From: Nemertoderma westbladi
Lineage: Eukaryota > Animalia > Xenacoelomorpha
Assembly (NCBI GenBank): GCA_032718475.1
Contig: JAUCBJ010007437.1
Span: 1-38,259, forward strand
Direction of reading: 5' to 3'
Length of the DNA stretch: 38,259 nt
A model generated the notes under the pieces. The model was not told where the DNA came from, did no database searches, and saw only the letters and a program-made list of their open reading frames with translations. The first letter of the stretch is position 1, and each line of letters opens with the position of its first letter. A program made the position numbers and the translations under genes. Of the stretch, positions 33,816 to 38,259 are shown piece by piece.

Positions 33816-35664
33816 GACTTGTAAACTAATGAAATTTAAGTTCGAACAATTACTTTGCATACATTAATAATAATTATTATTATAAATATATAAATATTAA
33901 ACACAAATCCTAACGGGATTCACTTGTTGGAGTGCGAACAACGTCAGAATATAGCCGAGCTACTGGTGGTGGTTGCGGCTGTGTGTCGTTGGGTGGTTGT
34001 GGCGGCTCGTTATCTGCAATAGAACATAAATATAAATATTGATATTACCAAAATTTAATACAATATTATTGACATAAAATTTATCAAGTTTAGTTATAAT
34101 ATATTTGTTATTGCAACTCTATGCGCTCGTTCATAAAGATATATTACAACCAATAGTTTAGTTACATTACAAAGGTAGTCCCGTTGCAACATAGGATTAG
34201 TTATATAACATATTGCGTGATATATGAATTAAGGTTATATTGGTTTCACTTACCTTGATGTTGTTGTTGGTTGTTGGAACTCATTGGGGGGATCGGTGGA
34301 ACAGCTGCTGAAGTTCCTTGGGTCGTGGGGACTTGATTGTTGTCGCTAAATTCTAGAACACAAAATTTATTATTATTTTATTATATTATTAAATTTAGTG
34401 AACTAAAGAAATCTAAATTCGAAGAAATTTGTCATTTCTTTGCGAACATTAATATTAAATTAAGATATTTTAATTATTATAATAAATATATTAAATACAA
34501 ATCCTAACGGGATTCACTTGTTGGAGTGCGAACAACGTCAGAATATAGCCGAACTACTGGTGGTGGTGGCAGCTGAGTGCCGTTTGGTGGATGTGGCGGC
34601 TGAGTTTGTTATCTGTAATAGAACATAAATAGTAATATTACCGAAATTTAATCCAATATTATTTATAAATATTATCTAGTTACTGTGGAATTACAATGTT
34701 ATTATATATATATATATATACATATTTATTATCACTCTCTGCACTATCAATGGTTTAGATATGTTACAAAGGGGGTTACAAAAGTTATATAACATATTGT
34801 GTGATATATGAATTAAGGTTATATTGGTATCACTACCTTGATGTTGTTGTTGGTTGTTGGAACTCATTGGGGGGATCGGTGGAACAGCTGCTGAAGTTCC
34901 TTGGGTCGTGGAGACCTGATTGTTGTCGTCAAATACTAGAACATAAAATGTATTATTTGTATAAAAATAGTATTAATTGGAAAGTTGAGAAAGGAAAACA
35001 TATGAGATCGTTTTCCTATGGATTAATTAGTTAATAAAATAATTAATAAGGACATGTTTTGCTTTGCTTTGTTCCTACCGAGTGTCAGTATAAAGTACCG
35101 CTATAGTTTTCACCTACACATTGTTATAGTTAATATATTATGCAATGATTAAACAATAATATACATTATAGTTGCGCATAACATACGGTACTGCTATATA
35201 CATAAACAAAATGCATTACAGTGCAAAATTATAGAGATACCTGTACACATATTTAGAAACCACAACTTATTAATCATACTAACAAAACATATCAAAATAT
35301 AAATATTATAATATCAGAATATAAAACGTAGATAGTTCCACGAGAATGGATTTATATGGGATGATCACACGATAATTCAGTACAGGATATATAATGGGGA
35401 TATCAGAACACGTCGCCATAGCAGCATAGGGCTAGTTTATTTATTGAGGACTAATAGAGTATAGGAACGATAGCAACAACAGGTTAAGATATGCACTTTA
35501 AACTGAAAGTAGTTAACACTGATTTTACACAAGGCACAAAATCTAATTGGTTAAAATCACTATTGAATTTTAAAAAGAATAAGTATGTAGGTTTAAAGCT
35601 CGGTAACACAAATTAATTAAAATCACGAATCGAATTTATAAATGTATGCAGGCTAAGTTAAAAG

Positions 35665-35810
35665 TTAAAATCACGCTTAAAATCACATTAAAATCACGCT
35701 TAAAATCACATTAAAATAACGCTTAAAATCACTTTAAAATCACATTAAAATCACATTAAAATCACGCTTAAAATCACTTGAAATCACATTTAAAATCACA
35801 TTAAAATGAC
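35665..35810. repeat. 11-12-bp minisatellite (ttaaaatcaca / ttaaaatcacgc)
   Basis: About 12 tandem units. Confidence 0.9.
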
Positions 35811-36896
35811 TGAAAATATTTAATTTATAGTTACCAATTAATTAGAATCACAGGTTGAATTAAAAATTTGTATGTAGATTAAAAATTATGTCTCTCGTAC
35901 CTAGATTATTTAAAATTGTATGTAGATTACAATGTTTATGGTGTACATTAGCCTCGAAGAATGCATGGCCCTTGAGGTAAAGACCTTGTCTCCCAAGGGG
36001 TCCTCGTTAAAATGTATATTAAAATAAAATTGAACTGCCATTTAAATAATTATAGGTGACGACCTTAAACAATAGTTAAATATATGATAAAAAAAGAATG
36101 TGACAAATTTAAATAGTTAAAATATATTAATGTGGTGGTAGCAACATAACCCCTGAACCCATCCGGACAATATATTTTGTACTACTGAAAGTCTACAGGT
36201 ACTACCACCGGTACTACTATAGCAGTAATGGTTCCTTCTCTTCAAATAATACAATTTAAATTATTGAATTATGTTTATTAAAAATACTCTTACAGCGAGC
36301 CATTCAATACTTAGCAACCTCGATTATGTTACAATAATTATTTAGCAATGTATGTGCAACAATAATCATGAAATCAATATTACGTGTGGTACAGCAGTTT
36401 GTTGGTATAATATTGTTAGTACAGTAGTCACTAGTCAGGTAGCAGGCCTGTTATATTCCGATATTGTAATTCCTTTTTAGTAGGCCTATTCTGCTATTAC
36501 TGTAGGCCTATTAAACAGTTAAAGATAAGCTTGAATTTCAAAATTATACAAGTCTGAAACACGTTTCTTTAGTTTTTGACTGCACGAAAACCCGGGTTTA
36601 TTCGCCCCATGCAGCCATGTGAAGCGTACCAGGATTTCACTATCAACCCAGGTTACAGAACTGTTGAATATAACCAAAACAATAATCGAATATAGAAAAA
36701 TGCGATGTAAAACACTTATTATAATTATGTCTATAAATTAATATATAAAAATCCAATAAAATGTCGAGCGAAAAGTGAAATCCTCGTATTTTTCGCATGG
36801 GCGGAAACCCCAGTAAAAACCTATCATTAAATCAGTATTTAACTGGTATCAAGGTATACTGTATATCAAGAGAAGTATCATATCAATATAGCAACA

Positions 36897-37081
36897 GGGT
36901 GACTACAATACAAAGACCGAAATAACAAAGACCTGTATAAAACACATGTGTTAACTTTCGTTTATTGTTTTGGTTCCCCCAACACGCGTCTGTAATCTGC
37001 TCCTTTACTAAGCTGCTCCCGTTACAATATTACTGTATTATGCAGGTCTTTATTATTTGGGTCTTTGTTTTGTAGTCACCC
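36897..37081. mobile_element. 185-bp MITE, Mutator-like or hAT-like
   Basis: TIR gggtgactacaa.acaaagacc.aaataa.aaagacctg (about 40 bp); flanking direct repeat tatagcaaca (36887-36896, 37082-37091), or 8 bp atagcaac if the TIR is 1 bp longer. Confidence 0.85.
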
Positions 37082-37761
37082 TATAGCAACAGCGTTTAGG
37101 CCTATGTCTAATATATATTGCGAAAATAATACAATAGGCAGGCAGATAGACCTACGATGAAAGACAAGCACAAATATAGGCCTAATAATAAAACTAACCA
37201 TGGAATGGAAGTACCGCTGGTAGACCCCTCTCACGTCGCGGGCATGTTGTCCGATTGTGTTTCCGTTTGCCTTCAGTACCAAGGCACTGAGTGCAAATCG
37301 TCGCCTTTCTCTTCGGCATCTTGATGAACACGGTTAATCAATATGATAATTATGAAGTATTAAAGTATATTATATATAAGTATTAAAGTAGAATGAACAA
37401 AGAATGAAAAAAGGAACAATTCAAGAATTTAGGCTTGGCCAACAATGTCGCCTGGAAGCCCTTAAAATCTATACTTTACTTAATCAATTGCAGAATTGAG
37501 TTTACACAAACTCTAGAATCCAATACTGCAATATACTAAGACTGTGATTGTGGAAGGAGTGCTGTTGTAGTAATAGTAGGACCTAAACCAAATACTGAGG
37601 ACTCTGAAGGACTCATCAGTATAGAAACAGCTGAAAGGACACATTCTATTGGTCGAATGGTTCCAATAAATAAGTAATGTTAAGGATGAGACCTCACAGA
37701 GCCATAGTGGGACACGACACTTTCTATTGGTTGTTCATACATAAACTGCAGAAAGATAATA

Positions 37762-38160
37762 TCTACCAAGGTTGTGCGGGGAATGTGGGGCGAGCCACGA
37801 AGTGAGTGAGCCTTAGCGTAGTGGTACCATTAATCAACCTGTCGTTCTGTCGTTCTGTCGTGTTCAATTTAAACGTTAATAACTCGGCCAATCTTTGATG
37901 AAATCTATCCATACTTGGTACATGACTAATCAGAAGGGCAGCAATGCAGAAGGCCGTAGTACGTATGTACTGCTGTATAATCAGAATGGGTAATATTGAA
38001 ACATAACATAACTAAGATAGCTACGCCATCTAGCGGGCCAAAGGTGTAGGGCTTATGAAGATACTACACATACCCCTCTTTAGGTGGGGTGGGGTTGGCG
38101 TTAGCGCCTCAAAACAAATAGTTTATAAACAATTTATTGCTGAGTTACAGGTTAATCTAG
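37762..38160 (+). mobile_element. Possible non-autonomous Helitron remnant
   Basis: A|TC start and CTAG|T end with an internal ctgtcgtt repeat; no clean 3' hairpin. Confidence 0.3.
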
Positions 38161-38259
38161 TTTGTTATACTCGCTGTTCGAGTAACGTAAGGGCGGTTTT
38201 ATTATTCTCCCCGACCTAGTCTGGATAAGAGGGGTAACCGGTTGTGGGGCTGGCTGTGG

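Larger units (their letters stand above)
33434..37319 (-). pseudogene. Spliced gene fragment: zinc-knuckle first exon plus tandemly duplicated phase-1 Pro/Ser/Thr/Gln-rich exons; 3' part not found
   Basis: Predicted exons 37319-37199 (MPKRKATICTQCLGTEGKRKHNRTTCPRR...), 34935-34837, 34612-34509 (1-bp deletion), 34352-34254, 34013-33915, 33535-33434; AG/GT boundaries; lengths 99/104/99/99/102 nt; GC-richer than flanks. Confidence 0.65.

Noticed and set aside
36590-36812. Imperfect inverted repeat (ggatttcact / agtgaaatcc, cccatgc / gcatggg)
   Set aside because: Probably an old MITE, but ends and TSD could not be defined
37076-37282. 68-aa minus-strand ORF from the track
   Set aside because: TTG start and it runs into a MITE; a different frame gives the ATG-initiated zinc-knuckle exon

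Overview
AT-rich, transposon-dense eukaryotic (most likely invertebrate animal) genomic DNA. The window is dominated by two inverted copies of a non-autonomous BEL/Pao LTR retrotransposon. Copy 1 (233-12888, minus) is complete, with near-identical 1222-bp LTRs and a 5-bp target-site duplication (TSD). Copy 2 (24472-32892, plus) is 5'-truncated. Both encode Gag-protease but lack RT, most of RNase H and the integrase core. Both also carry an extra 3' gene at the env position that encodes a multi-zinc-knuckle protein with a basic tail and no membrane anchor; this is the most novel-looking feature. Between the copies lie nested non-autonomous DNA transposons (one holding an RTE-LINE remnant), two intronless host genes (EXOSC8/RRP43 and TMX1) and an intact THAP/P-superfamily transposon. 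That transposon has mismatched flanks and abuts the truncation of copy 2, which suggests a rearrangement breakpoint. A piggyBac-type MITE splits gag of copy 1. The right end holds a spliced minus-strand gene fragment missed by the ORF track (a zinc-knuckle exon plus duplicated Pro/Ser/Thr/Gln exons), SINE-like remnants, a MITE and a minisatellite. All calls were made by eye from the sequence and motif knowledge; no searches were run.
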